Positions 62,696 to 64,000 of a stretch of DNA of 64,000 nucleotides are shown here, one piece after another. The notes under the pieces were generated by a model that searched no databases, was not told where the DNA came from, and saw only the letters and a program-made list of their open reading frames with translations. The first letter of the stretch is position 1. The number at the start of each line of letters is the position of its first letter. The stretch is from contig OZ245040.1 of the NCBI GenBank assembly GCA_965224195.1, positions 1,216,001 through 1,280,000 on the forward strand. The letters are read 5' to 3'. The stretch comes from Nitrosopumilus sp. GTDB taxonomy: Archaea; Thermoproteota; Nitrososphaeria; Nitrososphaerales; Nitrosopumilaceae. Position numbers and translations under genes: made by a program.

Positions 62696-63448
62696 ATGAA
62701 CGCAAGAACTCAAAGAGCAAAACAAATCATGGAAACACAAGGCTATTGTTCCCAATTAGGCTCCAACACTTTTTCTGTAAGATCACAGACAAATCCAGAA
62801 TTTGAAGTAAAATCAAAAATCACGTCCTCTGCAAATAATATCGTTCAAATAATTGATGATGCCGTAATTCCTGTTGGTTCATCATATGCTATATTTCCAA
62901 TAAAAACAACTGGTTCTGTTGGTAATTCTTTGATCTCTGTAAGTGCAAAAGGTGTGAATGAAACTTCTACTTTGATTACAACTGCATCCTCTCAAACTCA
63001 ATTACAAGTATTTACTGGTGGATTAGCTGATGAAATTAAAGCCAATGAACCTTTTGAATTTAAATTATTTGTAGATGATGAAGATGCTGGTTCTGTCTCT
63101 GGTGCTTTTTTGAAAATTGTAACTGCAGATGATGCAATAATAACTCCTGAAGTTGTAAGGACTGGTTCTGATGGTAGTGCAATAGTTAGTTTAACTGCAT
63201 TTGAAGGTCCTAACATTTCATTTGACATAATTGCTACAGCAGAGGGGTATGCAGAAGGTCAAGATTCCTTCACCGTAAATGTTGATGCTCCAGAAAAAAT
63301 ATTTGATTCTGTTGATTTGGAATTACCTGAATGGATAATTTACATTGTAATTGGTGGAATTTTAATGGTTGGTGTGATAGTTTTTATGTTCTTGAGAAAA
63401 TCCAAGACTAATTTAGAAGAAGAATGGAAAGAAGAGGAAGAACTTTAA
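62696..63448 (+). pseudogene. Chimera: about 35 aa resembling the N-terminus of an IS6-like transposase fused to the C-terminus of an Ig-like membrane-anchored surface protein
   Basis: MNARTQRAKQI..TFSVRSQTNPE followed by beta-rich sequence and a C-terminal TM helix. Confidence 0.55.
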
Positions 63449-63654
63449 TTTTTTCCTACTCTATTTTTATCTCTACAAATTCCACAGAGATAATTTTTTA
63501 AAAATTCCTTAAATTCAATTTCAAATTCATGCGATTGATAATATTTTTCTCCTGTTTTTAATCCCCCTGGGACTTGTTTTCCGCAACTTGTACAATGTAT
63601 TTCTCTATCAAATCTTATCATTTTTTCATTTTTTGAAATTTCCCCAATAATCAT
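63445..63654 (-). CDS. Small zinc-binding protein
   Basis: CTSC and CGIC. Confidence 0.65.
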   Translation of the reverse strand: MIIGEISKNEKMIRFDREIHCTSCGKQVPGGLKTGEKYYQSHEFEIEFKEFLKNYLCGICRDKNRVGKN

Positions 63655-63740
63655 GAGTGTTTTTCCTTTAATTTTGATATAAGTTGTAACCTCTACTTGA
63701 AACTCATGAATATTATATTGAAAAACTAACCATATCTGTA

Positions 63741-64000
63741 ATGCTTTCAGTATGGTTTAGAGTAATTAGAGTAAGATTTCTTTTGGCATCTGTAATTGCA
63801 GTGTCCGTAGGTTTGGCATTAAATTGGTGGCAAAATTCATCAATTGATATTTTTGATGCAGGCTTAGCTTTTGCTGGTGTAATGGCACTACATGCTAGTG
63901 TTGATTTACTAAATGATTTTTGGGATTTTAAACGTGGAATTGATACTGAAACAACTAGAACTAAAATGAGTGGTGGAACTGGCGTGTTGCCAGAAGGATT
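63741..64000 (+). CDS. UbiA/MenA-family prenyltransferase (partial)
   Basis: IRVRFLLASV..HASVDLLNDFWDFKRGID..SGG. Confidence 0.85.
   Translation, partial: MLSVWFRVIRVRFLLASVIAVSVGLALNWWQNSSIDIFDAGLAFAGVMALHASVDLLNDFWDFKRGIDTETTRTKMSGGTGVLPEG

Noticed and set aside
1-64000. Canonical multi-spacer CRISPR array, cas1/cas2, tRNA or rRNA genes
   Set aside because: None seen by eye; the three two-repeat units have mutually unrelated, coding-derived repeats, so they were not called CRISPR.

Overview
AT-rich archaeal DNA whose proteins look like Nitrosopumilaceae (Thaumarchaeota/Nitrososphaerota); heavy IS load, many pseudogenes and secreted proteins suggest a host-associated lineage in early genome erosion (inference). 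A compact housekeeping block (about 25.9-44.6 kb: gap, CNNM/CBS, thrC, Hjc-like, thiolase/DUF35, LLM, purK/purE, ilvA, class III cyclase, VOC, Lrp) lies between two accessory islands. The left island (about 4.6-24.7 kb) has membrane proteins, a NucS-like nuclease, a dead Mrr and an apparently intact type I-G (I-U) interference operon cas3-cas8g-cas7g-csb2 plus a decayed second csb2; no cas1/cas2/cas4 or canonical array is in the window. The right island (about 44.7-63.4 kb) has nested IS elements, hicBA, RM remnants, a viral-type exonuclease and secreted-protein/small-membrane-protein pairs. The most unusual signal: three unrelated genes (12750-12848, 22977-23088, 61616-61721) are each broken by a unique 34-39 bp insert flanked by a 30-39 bp direct duplication of the target, the geometry of CRISPR spacer integration at non-CRISPR sites. 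All calls are by eye from motifs; no searches were run.
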